From positions 105,774,001 to 105,838,000 of the forward strand of contig NC_086108.1 in the NCBI RefSeq assembly GCF_963921235.1: a stretch of DNA of 64,000 nucleotides. Reading direction: 5' to 3'. Shown piece by piece: positions 1-12,314 of the stretch. Position numbers and translations under genes: made by a program. The notes below the pieces were generated by a model that ran no database searches, was not told where the DNA came from, and saw nothing but the letters and a program-made list of their open reading frames with translations. Position 1 is the stretch's first letter. Each line of letters starts with the position of its first letter. Origin of the DNA: Mobula hypostoma. Taxonomy: Eukaryota.

Positions 1-339
1 TTAAATATATGTTATTTCTGTTTTTTGCACAATTTTTAATCTATTCAATATATGTACAATGTAATTGATTTACGTATTTATTTATCTATTATTTTTATTT
101 TATTTTTTTCTTCTATATTATGTATTGCATTGAGCTGCTGCTACTGTTAACAAATTTCACAACGCATGTCACTGATAATAAACCTGATTCTGTTCTGTTC
201 TGTTCATAGGTCTCTGCACGTTGCCATGCAAGTTGATGGGGTGGTTAAGAAGGGGTATAGTGTGCTGGCCTTCATTAGTTGGAGGACTGAGCTACTTAAG
301 GTTGTTACAGCCCAGTATGGTATGGGGATAAACTGCCAC

Positions 340-619
340 TGTGGCGACCCATTTTCTAGCACCCACGAACCGGCTCACGAAATAGCGCGCGCAGGCAGAG
401 GGCCGGCCCCAAAAAGGGCGCCAGGCCATCCTCACCAACAGGGGGAAAATCCCGCGTGCGGAAAGGGTCTGGGAATATGCATTCCCCACAGCAGTTCCGC
501 CCAGGGAGGGCGGGAACAGGAAGGCTTTAAAGCAGGCCGCGAAGTTTGAATAAATCTCTTTATCACAACTCCAACTCACCGTGTGGTTATTCTAGAGCTG
601 TGTGTAGCACACCGCTACA
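340..619 (+). repeat. 5' LTR
   Basis: TGTGGCG...CGCTACA; direct repeat of 4381-4667; contains TTTAAA and AATAAA. Confidence 0.95.
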
Positions 620-621
620 TT

Positions 622-633
622 TGGAGACCCCGA
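622..633 (+). promoter_or_regulatory. Primer-binding site, tRNA-Trp type
   Basis: TGGAGACCCCGA is one mismatch from TGGTGACCCCGA, the complement of the tRNA-Trp 3' end; lies 2 nt after the LTR. Confidence 0.8.
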
Positions 634-659
634 TGGCCCAAACGATATTTGGGCCAGAG

Positions 660-2312
660 ATGACCGACGCTACATCTGTTCACGCAGTTTCGTTACAACT
701 GCCAAGCTTTTGGCCGCTGAGACTCCGTCTGTGGTTGGAACAGGCAGAAGCACAATTCCACATTCGGCAGATAACCTCGGAGTCCACTCGCTACTACTAC
801 GTGCTGAGCTCCCTCGACCAAGAGACTGCTGCACAAGTTGAGGAGTTTATACAGTCGCCCCCGGAGAACGGCAAATACACAGCATTCAAAGCCCTGCTCA
901 TAAGGACTTTCGGACTCTCACGGCGCGAACGAGCACGCCGCTTAATGCATCTGGATGGTTTGGGAGACAAGCCGCCGTCAGCATTAATGAACGAGATGCT
1001 GGCCCTGGCTGAAGGACACAAACCCTGCCTCATGTTTGAGCAGGCGCTCCTAGAGCAACTGCCCGAGGACGAATGCCTGCTGCTGTCCGACGCAGATTTC
1101 AGCAACCCCCAGGAGGTGGCAGCCCGAGCAGATGTGTTGTGGAATGCCAAGAAGGAGAGAGGGGCGCCCGTCGCACAGATCACCAAGCCGCATGCCCAAC
1201 GACAGACCAGACCAGGTCCAGCAGCAGAGCCCAACGAACAATGGTGCTTCTACCACCAGCGGTGGGGCACAGAGGCCCGCCGCTGTAGACCACCCTGCAA
1301 ATTCCCGGGAAACACCAAGGCTCAGCCGCCGCCGATCGCTACGGCGGCTGGCCATCAGGACAGCTTCCTGTACGTCTGGGACAAGCAGTCGGGACGCCAA
1401 TTTTTGGTCGACACTGGAGCAGAGATCAGCGTTTTACCTCCAACAAGTTACGACACCTGCAACAGAGAACCTGGACCCACCCTGAGGGCCGCAAATGGCA
1501 GCACAATACGAACCTACGGCACCCGCACGGTGCGGCTACAGTTCAGCTCCAGCCGGTTCACGTGGGACTTCACACTGGCCGTCGTGGCCCAACCACTCCT
1601 GGGGGCGGATTTTCTGCGAGTTCACAGCCTGCTGGTCGACCTGCAAGGGAAGCGATTAGTCCACGCCAAGACTTTTCAAACGTTCTCCCTGGGTGAAGCA
1701 CAGTTGCCAGCCCCACACCTGGACTCCATCACACTGTCCAACGATGAATTCACCAGGGTCCTGGCGGATTTCCCATCAGTACTGACACCGCAGTTCACGG
1801 CAGCCATGCCCAGACACGGAGTACAGCACCACATCCCGACCCAGGGACCACCCCTCCACGCCCGTGCTCGAAGGCTTCCCCCGGACAAGCTCCGACTGGC
1901 GAAGGAGGAGTTCAAGCAGATGGAGGAATTAGGGATCATACGACGGTCCGACAGCCCATGGGCCTCCCCCCTTCATATGGTGCCCAAGGCAACGGGGGGC
2001 TGGAGACCATGCGGTGACTACCGCAGACTGAACGAGGCTACAACGCCAGACCGCTACCCTGTGCCGCACATTCAAGACTTCGCAGCAAACCTACATGGCG
2101 CAAGGATCTTTTCCAAGGTAGACCTAGTCCGGGGATACCATCAAATCCCTGTACATCCGGACGACATCCCCAAAACAGCACTTATCACCCCGTTCGGACT
2201 TTTCGAATTCCTCCGAATGCCGTTTGGTCTAAAGAATGCCGCACAGACTTTCCAGCGGCTAATGGACGCGACCTGGACTTTGCATTCATCTATTTGGACG
2301 ACATCCTCATAG
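660..2312 (+). pseudogene. Gag - aspartic protease - RT N-terminal part (frameshifted near 2270)
   Basis: LPSFW...W..QAEAQF Gag N-terminus; CFYH-x9-C-x3-C motif; FLVDTGA protease; [18 protein letters not shown] and [16 protein letters not shown] motifs; YLDD at 2291-2302 is in another frame. Confidence 0.92.
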
Positions 2313-4330
2313 CCAGCAGTAGTCGGCAGGAGCATCTGTCCCACCTCCGCCAGCTCTACTCCCGCCTGAGCGAATTCGGCCTTACAATCACCCAGCCAAA
2401 TGCCAGTTCGGACTCGACACCATCGACTTCCTGGGCCACAGGATTACCAAAGACGGGGCAACCCCGCTGCCCGCCAAGGTAGACGCAGTCCGCAACTTCC
2501 CCCGACCCAACACAATCAAAGGCTTGCAGGAATTCGTGGGTATGGTGAATTAATACCACCGTTTCCTCCCCTCAGCAGCCCGAACCATGCGCCCCTTGTT
2601 CACTCTAATGTCGGGTAAGGGCAAGGACATTACCAGGGACGAAGAGGCCGCAACCACTTTCGTTAAAACCAAAGAAGCCTTGGCAAACGCCGCGATGCTA
2701 GTGCACCCCAGAATGGACGTTTCTACTGCCCTCACGGTGGACGCATCCAACACAGCAGTCGGTGGAGTGCTGGAACAACTCGCGGGTCGCTGGCAACCCC
2801 TGGTGTTCTTCAGCAAACACCTACGACCACCTGAACTCAAATACAGTGCTTTCGACCGGGAGCTATTGGACTATACCAGGCAATCCGGCATTTCAGGTAC
2901 TTCTTAGAAGGTAGGCCCTTCACCGCGTTCACAGGCCACAAACCGCTTACCTTTGCGTTCACTAAGCTGTCCGACCCCTGGCCGTCCCGCCAGCAGCGAC
3001 ATCTGTCCTACATCTCCGAGTACACGACGGACATCCGGCATGTCTCTGGAAAGGACAACGTCGTGGCAGACGCACTTTCCAGACCTACCATACAGGCCCT
3101 GTCCCAGGGGGTGGACTATGCAGCGCTGGCAGAGGCACAGCAGGCAGACGCTGAGATCCCCAGTTACAGGACCGCAGTCTCCGGTTTGCAGTTCCAAGAC
3201 CTCCCCGTAGGCCCAGGTGAGAGGACCCTACTGTGTGACGTAGCTACTGGCCAACCCCTCCCCGTCGTCCCAGCAGCCTGGCGCCGGCGGGTGTTTGAAT
3301 CCATTCACAACTTAGCACACCCCTTCATCAGGACAACCATCCGGCTGGTCGCCAACAGGTTCGTGTGGTATGGGCTTCGTAAACAGGTCAGTGAATGGGC
3401 CAAAACGTGCATGCAGTGCCAAACGGCCAAGGTGCAGCGGCACACCAAGGCTCCACCTCAGCGGTTCGAACCCACCCGCCGGAGGTTCGACCACATCCAT
3501 GTGGATATCGTGGGGCCCCTGCCAGTGTCACGAGGAGCGCGGTACCTCCTAACTATGATAGACCGGTTCACCAGATGGCCAGAGGCAGTCCCGCTCAGCG
3601 ACACCACCTCCGAATCCTGAGCCCGAGCACTGATCGCAACCTGGGTAGCACGCTTTGGGGTACCGGCCCACATTACCTCCGACAGGGGCGCCCAGTTCAC
3701 CTCCAGCCTGTGGTCAGCTATGGCCAGACTTTTAGGAACACAGCTACACCACACAACTGCCTACCACCCACAGTCGAACGGACTAGTGGAGCGCTTCCAT
3801 CGTCACCTGAAATCGGCTCTCATGGCCCGCCTGGAGGGGCCTAACTGGGTGGACGAACTTCCCTGAGTCCTGCTCGGAATCCGCACGGCGCCCAAACAGG
3901 ATCTGCACACCTCGTCGGCCGAGTTGGTGTACGGCGCGCCCCTGGTCGTCCCAGGAGAGTTCATACCAGCCCCAAGGGGGCAAGAGGAAGAACCCACAGC
4001 AGTCCTGGACAGACTACGGGAGAGGCTCGGTAACCTGGCCCCCATCCCCACTTCACAGCACGGACAGAGCCCGACCTGCGTACCCAAAGACCTGCAGAAC
4101 TGTAAGTTTCTTTTTGTACGACGGGGCGGACACCGGGCACCGCTACAGCGGCCCTATGAGGGGCCGTTTAAGGTGATCAGGAACAACGGGTCCACGTTCG
4201 TGCTGGACATTGGGGGGAGAGAGGAGGTTTTCACGGTGGACCGACTCAAACCGGCCCATGTGGACTTGGCGCAGCCGGTCCAGGCTCAGGCACCGCGGCG
4301 CAGGGGCAGACCTCCCAAACAGGCCGATCC
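2282..4330 (+). pseudogene. pol remainder: RT C-terminal part, RNase H, integrase with GPY/F motif; disrupted
   Basis: [41 protein letters not shown]-x3-H...CxxC zinc finger; HIHVDIVGP; SDRGAQF; YHPQSNGLVER; RPYEGPFKV; premature stops at 2551, 3618 and 3864. Confidence 0.92.
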
Positions 4331-4380
4331 AGACTGTGGACATTGGGGGAGGTATCGCCGGTTCTGCGGGGGGGGGGTTA

Positions 4381-4667
4381 TGTGGCGACCCACTTTCTGG
4401 CACCCACGAACCGGCTCACGAAACAGCGCTCGTAGGCAGAGGGCCGGCAGCAAAAAGGGCGCCAGGCCATCTTCACCAGCGGGGGGAAAATCCCGCGCGC
4501 AGAAAGGGTCTGGGAATATACATTCCCCACAGTAGTCCCGCCCAGGGAGGGCGGGAACGGGAAGGCTTTAAAGCGGGCCGCGAAGTTTTAATAAATCTCT
4601 TTCATCGCAACTCGAACTCACCGACTCCGTGTGGTTATTCTAGAGCTGTGTGTAGCACACCGCTACA
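4381..4667 (+). repeat. 3' LTR
   Basis: Direct repeat of 340-619, preceded by a poly-G PPT at about 4368-4377. Confidence 0.95.
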
Positions 4668-6399
4668 CCACTACCTTTTAAATACTCCCAATGGTGTGTG
4701 CCTCAAATAGCCTCTGACAGATAGAACGCATTAGCTAAGGTTGGCAGCTCATCTAGGAGAAGGAAAAATCCGATCTCAAACCTCCACTGCCTTGCAGCTA
4801 TACCTACTTCAGGAGTAAACCCTGAGGGAAAAATCTGAAGCTGGAGCTCCTAAGGCAGTCCTACACTTTCAATGCTGACTGGTAACTCCTGTGATGCTGC
4901 AGGTGCCAGACTGTATTAGTCTCTGACATTCCTTTGGGTTCATCAGATGCATGGAGAAACGGATTTTGATACAGCTTGTTCTCCATATCGTACTGCCCAG
5001 GCTTGCATATCTAGACAACTAGGATGCAAACCTCTGATCGACTGACCGACAGAAGCCTCACTCACTGAGTTCCACAGCCACAAGGTAATGCTGTAGCTCT
5101 ATAAAACTCTGGTTAAACCACACTTAGAGTATTGTGTTTAGCTCTGGTCTCCTCTTTGTAGGAAGGATATAGAAGCTTAAGAGAGGGTGCAGAGGCCATT
5201 TACCAGGATGGTACCTGGATTAGAGAGCATGTCTTATCAGCAAAACTTGAGGAAGCTAGGTTTTTTCTCTTCATTATAGTTCATATAGATCAAATCATTA
5301 AACAGTTCATTGAGATGGAACAAGGTAGACCAATAACAATGCAGAATAAAGTAAAAGCTACAGAGAAAGTATGGTGCAGGTAAATGATAAGATGCAAGAA
5401 CATAACGAAGCCGATTGAGATGTCAAGAATCCATATTATCATACAAGTGGACCATTCAAGAATCTGATACCAGTGGGGTAGAAATTGTCCTTGAGCCTGG
5501 TAGTATGTGCTTTTGGGTTTTTGTATCTGCAACCCGATGGGAGAGGGAAGAAAAGGGAATGTCTGGGGAGGGTGGGTCCTGGAGAAAGGTCTCGGCTTGA
5601 AACTCCAACTGTTTGTTTATTTCCATACGTGCTGCATGACCCGCTAAGTTCCTCTAGTATTTTATGAGTGCTGCTTTTACTTTGCTGGCTGCCTTACTGA
5701 TGCAATGAGATGTGTAGATGTTGTCTATGGAGTGGAGCCTGGTTTCCATGATTTGCTGAGTTGTGTCTACAACTCTGCATTTTCAGGCGGTTATTGGCAG
5801 AGCCATTGCCAATGTAAGCCGTGATATATGGACGTCAATAAAGTTTGCTGAGGGTCAAGGGGGAGATTCCATATTTCTTCAGTCTCCCAAGTAAGTAGTG
5901 AACTTTCTTGGCTGTGGTATCAACATGGCCATTGGACAGGCTATTGGTGGGAAACCTGAAGCTCTCAATCCTCTCAACCTTGGCACAGTCGATGTAGACA
6001 GGAGCATGTGCACTGACCCCTTCCTGATGACAATCACCAGTTCTCTTGTTTTCTGACATTGAACGAAAGGTTGTTTTCATGTCACCATGTTGCTATGCTC
6101 TCGATAGCCTTCTGTACTTTGGTTCATTGCTATATGAGATATGGCTATGACAGTGCCATGATGTGCAAAGTTGTAAATGGAGTTAGAAGAGAAACCAGCC
6201 GGACAGTTGGGAGTGTATATACTGCTAGACCTGCTGAGCTTATTCCAGTAGATTGTTGCGACCTAAATTTACTGTGTTACATTCATCTGTCTGGAACTTC
6301 AATTTGTCTATCCTGCTAGATTGTTGACGTCCTGTTACTTGCTTCATGCAAACAACGTCAGCGAACTTGTCAATACCAGATTTTACATTTAAGACTGGT

Positions 6400-7310
6400 A
6401 GAGTCATAGAGAGTCACAGCATAGAAACAGGCCCTTCAGCCCATCTAGTCCTTGCCAAACTATTATTCTGCCTAGTCCCATTGACCTGCACATGGACCAT
6501 AGCCTTCTATATCCTTTTCATTCATGTATTTATCCAAACATCTGCAAAATGTTAAAATCAAAACCACATCCTCCACTTCTGCGGGCAGATCATTCCACAC
6601 CCTCACCACCCTCTGAGTGAAATTCCCTCTCATGCTATCCTTGAACAATTCGCCTTTCTCCCTCAACCCATGATCTCTACTTATAGTCTCACTCAACCTC
6701 AGTGGAAAAAGCTTGCTTGCGTTTACCCCAGTCATAATTTTGTATACCACTATCAAATCTCCCCTTATTCTCCTACACTCAAGGGAATAAAGTCCTCACT
6801 GACTCAACTTTTTCCTGTAACTCAGGTCCTCAAGTCCCATCAGCATCCTTGCAAACTTTCTCAGCACTTTTTCAATCTTATTGATAACTTTGCTGGTGGT
6901 AGGTGACCAGAATGGCACACAATACTCCAAATTAGGCCTCACCAACATCTTATATAACTTCAACATAACATCCCAACTTCTGTACTCACGACTTTGATTT
7001 ATGAAGGCCCATGTGCCACAAGCTCTCTTTATAACCTTATCTAACAGTGATGACAATTCCAAATAATTATTGCTCCGTATTCCCAGATCCCACTGTTCAA
7101 CCACACTTCTCAGTGCCCCACAATTTACTGTGTAAGTCCTTCCCTGGTTGGTCCACCCAAAGTGCAACACCTCACACTTGTCTGTATTAGAACCTATCTG
7201 CCATTTTTCAGCCCATTTTTACAGCTGACCCAGATCCCAATGCTATCTTTGATCATCTTCTTCACTGTCCATTACGCCTGCAGTCTTGGAGTCAAATTTG
7301 CTGATCCAGT
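6400..7310 (-). mobile_element. CR1 LINE 3' fragment with tail
   Basis: ORFs 6796-7170 and 6472-6756: LVRPNLEYCVPFWSP, FTQRVVRVWNDLP. Confidence 0.9.
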
Positions 7311-7914
7311 TTCAGTCTAAATCTCCCCTGAATCTCCAACTACATGGACTGGATTTGAATCCATAATAGTTGCTCTTTAAGCAAGGCTGCGATACACTGA
7401 GTCTCAGCCGACAAAAGGAAAATCAAAGACGCATGGACAGTTCGGTGAGCCAGTAAGAAAATAATGGTTGCAAATAGCGGATAAAAAGCCATGTTGTAAT
7501 CCTAATATATCAGTGGCAGTAAATTTATTTTTCCACTAAAGCCTATATTATCTTCAAAAGGCTTCAGCAAAACCATGAATTCTTTCTGTCTCCGTCTCAC
7601 AGTATTTATTATATATGTTTTATTGGCTGGCTTTCAGATGCCTTGGTGTGCATTACCTACAGCAGATAAAAGTGATATCTCAAACATAACAGCCTTAATA
7701 GAACATACAACATTACAGCACAGAGGAGGTCCTTCAGCCCACAATGTTATGCCGACTTTTTCATCTACTCTAAGATCAATCTCACCCTTCCCTCCTACCT
7801 AGCCCTCCACTCTTCTATCGTCTATGTACTTACCTATGGAACAATGCCTATGACTCAAGCCCACAAGGTCAGCTGACATGTTAGTGAGGGTGGGAGGGGT
7901 GGCTAAGGTTCATT

Positions 7915-8245
7915 TCTTCATTGTGTACCATGTTCTATAATGTGGGTAACCATGGTCTTTCTATGACCATGACTATTCTTCCAAATTTTTCTACAGAAGT
8001 GGTTTGCCATTGCCTTCTTCTGGGCAGTGTCTTTACAAGATGGGTGACCCCAGCCATTATTAATACTCTTCAGAGGTTGTCTGCCTGGTGTCAGCCATGT
8101 TTTCACATGACCATAATTGGTGGGGGGTGTGTGTGGGGAGACTAAGCAGGTGCTACACCTTGTCCAAGGATGACTGGCAGGCTAGTGAAGGGAAGGAGCG
8201 CTTTACACCTCCTTTGGTAGCGAAGTATTTCCACCCCACCACACT
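7915..8245 (-). mobile_element. Non-autonomous retroposon with RTE/BovB-like GAAGGCAATGGCAAACCACT motif
   Basis: A second copy lies at about 52720-52980; motif read on the minus strand. Confidence 0.6.
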
Positions 8246-8279
8246 TTAGGTTACACAAGCTATTCTAATGATGAATTGA

Positions 8280-8805
8280 ACTGATTTAAATTGACTTTAT
8301 TTCGTACATCCTTCAAATACATGAGTAAAAATCTTTACGTTACATCTCCCTCTAAATGTGCCATGTGCAATTTATAGTATGTAATTTATAATAAATCGTA
8401 CGTACTACAGGACAGTCAATATAACATAGAAATACAATTGTATCAACATCAATTAATCAGTCCGATGGCCTGGTGGAAGAAGCTGTCCCGGAGCCTGTTG
8501 GTCCTGGCTTTTATGCTGCGGTACCATTTCCCGGATGGTAGCAACTGGAACAGTTTGTGGTTGGGGTGACTTGGGTCTCCAGTGATCCTTCAGGCCCTTT
8601 TTACACACCTGCCTTTGTAAATATCCAGAATAATGGGAAGTTCACATTTACAGATACACTGGGCTGGCTGCACCACTCTCTGCAGTGTCCTGCGATTGAG
8701 GGAAGCACAGTTTCCATACCAGGCAGTGATGCAGCCAGTCAGAATGCTCTCAAATTGTGCCTCTGTAGAAAGTTCTTAGGATTTGGGGACCAATACCAAA
8801 CTTCT
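8280..8805 (-). mobile_element. Rex1/Babar-group LINE 3' fragment
   Basis: Minus-strand LPSGKWYRSIKARTNRLRDSFFHQAIGLIN-like C-terminus plus AT-rich tail. Confidence 0.75.
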
Positions 8806-9099
8806 TCTGGTGAGGATTTCAGAGCATTCCCAGCCAAGAGGGGAGATTTATTGATTGAAATTTCTTCCTCAGCAAATGCATCAAATCAGAATGGAGTGTT
8901 GCTTATCTTGTTCCTGCTTCTTGGAGGGGAGAACGCTGCACATGGAATTCACCCGATGTATTTGAAATAGATTCTACAAATAGGGGCCAACTTTAGTTGT
9001 GGGGGGACTCAAATGTAAGGTTTTCCCGTTGTCTTTCTTCTTTCAGCCCTCTGGAGAGGGACACACACACACACACATTACTGAGCTAGATAGTCATGG

Positions 9100-9620
9100 C
9101 CACAAGAGATACAGCAGATGTTGGAAATGCAGAGAAACACACAAAATATGTTGGCGGAGCTCAGCAGGTCAGGCAGCATCTATGGAAATGAATAAATGGT
9201 CGATGTTTTGGGCCAAGATCCTTCATCAGGTCTAGAAAGGAAGAGGGAAGAAGTCAGAATGAGAAGGTGGGGGGAGGGGTGGTAGAAGTACAAGGTCGTA
9301 GGTGATAGGTGAAACTGGGAGAGGAGGAGGAGGGGTCAAAGTAAAGAGTTGGGAAATTGATTGGTGAATGAGATAAAGGGCTGGAGGAGGGGGCATCTCA
9401 TAGGAGTAGAAGGCAGTGGAAGAAAGGGAAGGAGGAGGAACACCAGAGGGAGGTGATGGGCAGGTAAGGAGATAAGGTGAGAGAAGGAAATGGGAATGGG
9501 GAATGTTGAAGGAGATGAGTGGGGGTACTTACCAGAAGTTTGACAAATCAATGTTCATGCCATCAGGTTGGAGACTATCCAGACAGAATATGAATTGTTG
9601 CTCTTCCAACCTGAGTGTAA
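9100..9620 (-). mobile_element. Old Penelope-like pLTR/GIY-YIG end fragment with degenerate hammerhead
   Basis: Homologous to 34202-34680. Confidence 0.8.
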
Positions 9621-9800
9621 ATGGTCATGGGTTCAAGTTCACTTCCACAGAGTGATGCATTCAATGCAATTTAGTGCTACATTGCAGTACTGAGGAGGGA
9701 GTTCCACACTTTGAGCTTGAATCTTTCAGAAGACACACTGAACCAGCCCTCTAAACCCATCGCACTTGCCAGGAATTCTTTCCCTAAAAACTATGTGAAT
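9620..9800 (+). mobile_element. Highly degraded DeuSINE-like relic
   Basis: GGGTTCAAGT B-box followed by TGCAGTACTGAGGAGGGAG..., resembling the SacSINE1 Deu region as recalled, not aligned. Confidence 0.35.
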
Positions 9801-10076
9801 AGAGCTTAACTAACTTTCAGAAAGGCTGACTTAAGAGTTTGCAAGTGCTGGAATCTGGAGCAACACACGGAAAGCTGGAGGAACTTAATGGGTCAGGCAG
9901 CATCCATGGCGAGATATGGCAGTCAATGTTTCTGGTGGTCCAGCTCCTTCATCTGGAGTTCAAAATCCCAGGTGACCTTCACCAATTACTGTAGATGCAG
10001 ATGAACCATGAAGGTAGTTTTTTTTTGTACAGAGATTGTTGGGTATATTGAACACACTGCAGAGCTGGTGGTAGAT

Positions 10077-10156
10077 CCGGGGTTTCCAACCTTTATTATG
10101 CTATGGACCCCTACCATTAACCAAGGGGTCTGTGGATGCCAAGGTGGGAACCTCTG
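10077..10156. mobile_element. hAT/Charlie-type MITE
   Basis: Imperfect TIRs CCGGGGTTTCCAACC / GGTGGGAACCTCTG; same family as 56491-56569. Confidence 0.65.
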
Positions 10157-10911
10157 TAGAGAGAGATACATTAGGGAATGGCAAATGGATGATAGAAAAA
10201 CGGAGGGCTACGTGGGTGGGAAGAATTAGATTGATCTTAAAATAGGTTAAAAGGTCAGAAAAACATGGAGTGAAGCACACGTACTGTGCTGTAATTCCAT
10301 GTTCATTTAAGCATTCCAACAGCATTATAGTTTGGTTTGGCAACTGCTCAGCCCGCGACTGCAAAAAAAACTGCAGAGAGTTTCATATTGATGCAGTTAC
10401 GAAGAAAGCATGATAGTGGCTCTGTTTCATTAGGAGCTTGAGGAGGTTTGGTATGTCACCAAAGACACTCACAAATTTCTACAGGTGTACTGTGGAGAGC
10501 ATTCTAACTGGCTGAATCCCCGCCCGGTATAGTCGGGGTGGGGGCGGGGGGTGGAATCTGCACAGGAATAAAATAAGAGGCAGAAAATTGTGAAAGTGAG
10601 CTTCATCGTGGACACAAACCTCCCCATCATCCAGGACATGCCCTCTTCTCATTGGGATTCCATCAGGAAGGAGGTGCAGGAGCCTAAAGACACACACTGA
10701 ATGATGCAGGAACAGTTTTTTCCCTCTGCTATTAGATTTCTGAGTGGACTTTGAACCTATGAACACCACCTCACTACTGTTTTTTGCACTACGTCTTTGA
10801 TTTAATTTTTATATATACACACTTGTTACTGTAATTCACAGCTTTATTATGTATTGCAATGCACTGCTGCCACAGAACAACAAATTTCACAACATATGTC
10901 AGTGATGTTAA

Positions 10912-11079
10912 GAGCAACAGACACAAAATGCTGGAGGAACTCAGCAGGCCAGGCAGCCTCTATGGAAAAAAGTACAGTCGATGTTTTGGGTCATAGATGC
11001 CCCCGGCCTCCTGAGTTCCTCCACCATTTTATGTCTGTTGCTCAGATTTCCAGCATCCTCAGATTTTCTCTTATTTGCG
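10912..11079. mobile_element. Miniature fold-back Penelope pLTR insertion
   Basis: Two inverted pLTR ends; TSD GTGATGTTAA / GTGATATTAA. Confidence 0.75.
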
Positions 11080-11958
11080 GTGATATTAAATCTAATTCTG
11101 ATAAATGTGAACAAAGATCAGCACATCACGAAAACTAGTTGCCTTGTCCGCATTTCTTGCTACCTCAGTACAGTAGCCAATATAACTAAAGACCTCGCCC
11201 AGCCTGGACACTCTCTCTTCTCCCTTCTCACATCGAGCAGAAGACACAATAACTTGAAAACACATACCATCAGGCTCAAGGACAGGTCCTCTCCTGTTGC
11301 TATTCACTATTGAATGGACCTCTTATACGTTAAGGTGGACTCTTTGCCTCACAATCTACTCTGCTGTGCCCCTTGCACCTGATTGTCCGCCTGCTTGGGG
11401 CACTCCAGGGTTTGGTGATCAATTATGGCACCGTATGTAAAGAGTTGGTACGTTCTCCCCATAAACTGCAAGAGTTTCTTCTAGATGCTGCAGTTTCCTC
11501 CAATAGTGCAAAGACTTAACGGTTAACAGGTTAATTGGTCGTTGTAAATTGTCCTGTGATTCTGCTGGTGTAAATAGGTAGATTGCTGGGTGGTCCAGCT
11601 CGTGGGGCTGGAAGGGCCTGTTACATGCAGTATCTCTAAATAAAAAATAAATTATTATTGCTTTTCTCTTGCCCTACCTGTACTGTTATAATGAAGTGAT
11701 CTTTATGGACGGCATGCAAACCAAGCATTTTCCGTGCCATTAGTAGACCAGTTCAGTAATTCCCCAGCATTCCCTGCTCAAGGTGAATTTGTAGTGGGCA
11801 GTACAGTTTCAGCTTGGTGATAACCATAACCCTTAAATGAGTAACACACACAAAATGTTGGAGGAACTCAGCAGGTCAGGCAGCATTTATGAAGAGGAAT
11901 AACCAGTCAATGTTTTGGGCTGACACCCCTCATGCAAATGAGACCCATCGATGAATCA

Positions 11959-12243
11959 GGGTCGGCACAGTAATGTAGTGCTTAGCAGAAAACTTTATAG
12001 TACAGGTGACTGGGGTTCAATTTCCCCTGCTGCCTGTAAGGAGTTTGTAGATTCTCCCCGTGACCGCGTGAGTTTCCTCCAGGTGCTCAGGTTTCCTCCC
12101 ACAGTCCAAAGATGTACCGGTTGGTAGGTTAATAGTTCATTGTAAGTTGTCCCGTGATTAGGATCGGATTAAATCGGGGGACTGCTGGGCGGTGCAGCTT
12201 GAAAGGCCAGAAAGGCCTACTCTGTGCTGTATCTCAATAAATA
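11959..12243 (+). mobile_element. tRNA-derived V-SINE (HE1-like)
   Basis: GGTTCAATT B-box; V-domain GTTTCCTCCAGGTGCTCAGGTTTCCTCCCACAGTCCAAAGA; CR1-like tail. Further copies near 11400-11650, 13660-14150, 18050-18365, 28070-28290, 31250-31445, 41140-41320, 42150-42430 and 43680-43950. Confidence 0.85.
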
Positions 12244-12314
12244 GGCAGCACCTTTTGGGTATTCACACTTAAACTCTTTTACTGCCCTTCCCTTGAAGTC
12301 TCTGATAAAGGCAA

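Larger units (their letters stand above)
340..4667 (+). mobile_element. Full-length Ty3/Gypsy LTR retrotransposon, CsRn1 lineage, decayed
   Basis: TG...CA LTRs at 340-619 and 4381-4667; 4-bp TSD CCAC (336-339, 4668-4671); PBS after the 5' LTR; G-rich PPT before the 3' LTR; domain order gag-PR-RT-RH-INT. Confidence 0.96.
292..5063 (+). mobile_element. RTE 5'UTR-derived non-autonomous retroposon split by the Gypsy element (parts 292-339 and 4672-5063)
   Basis: TSD ACTGAG at 286-291 and 5064-5069; homologous to 47652-48123 and 54955-55385; CTAGGAGAAGGAAAA..CAAACCTCC motif; (CACT)n tail. Confidence 0.7.
204..5270 (+). mobile_element. CR1 LINE RT fragment (204-291 continuing at 5064-5270)
   Basis: VVKKGYSVLAFI continues into LYKTLVKPHLEYCV..WSP. 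Confidence 0.8.

Noticed and set aside
166..579. ORFs 166-549 and 4210-4710 as duplicated genes
   Set aside because: They are chance translations of the two LTRs.
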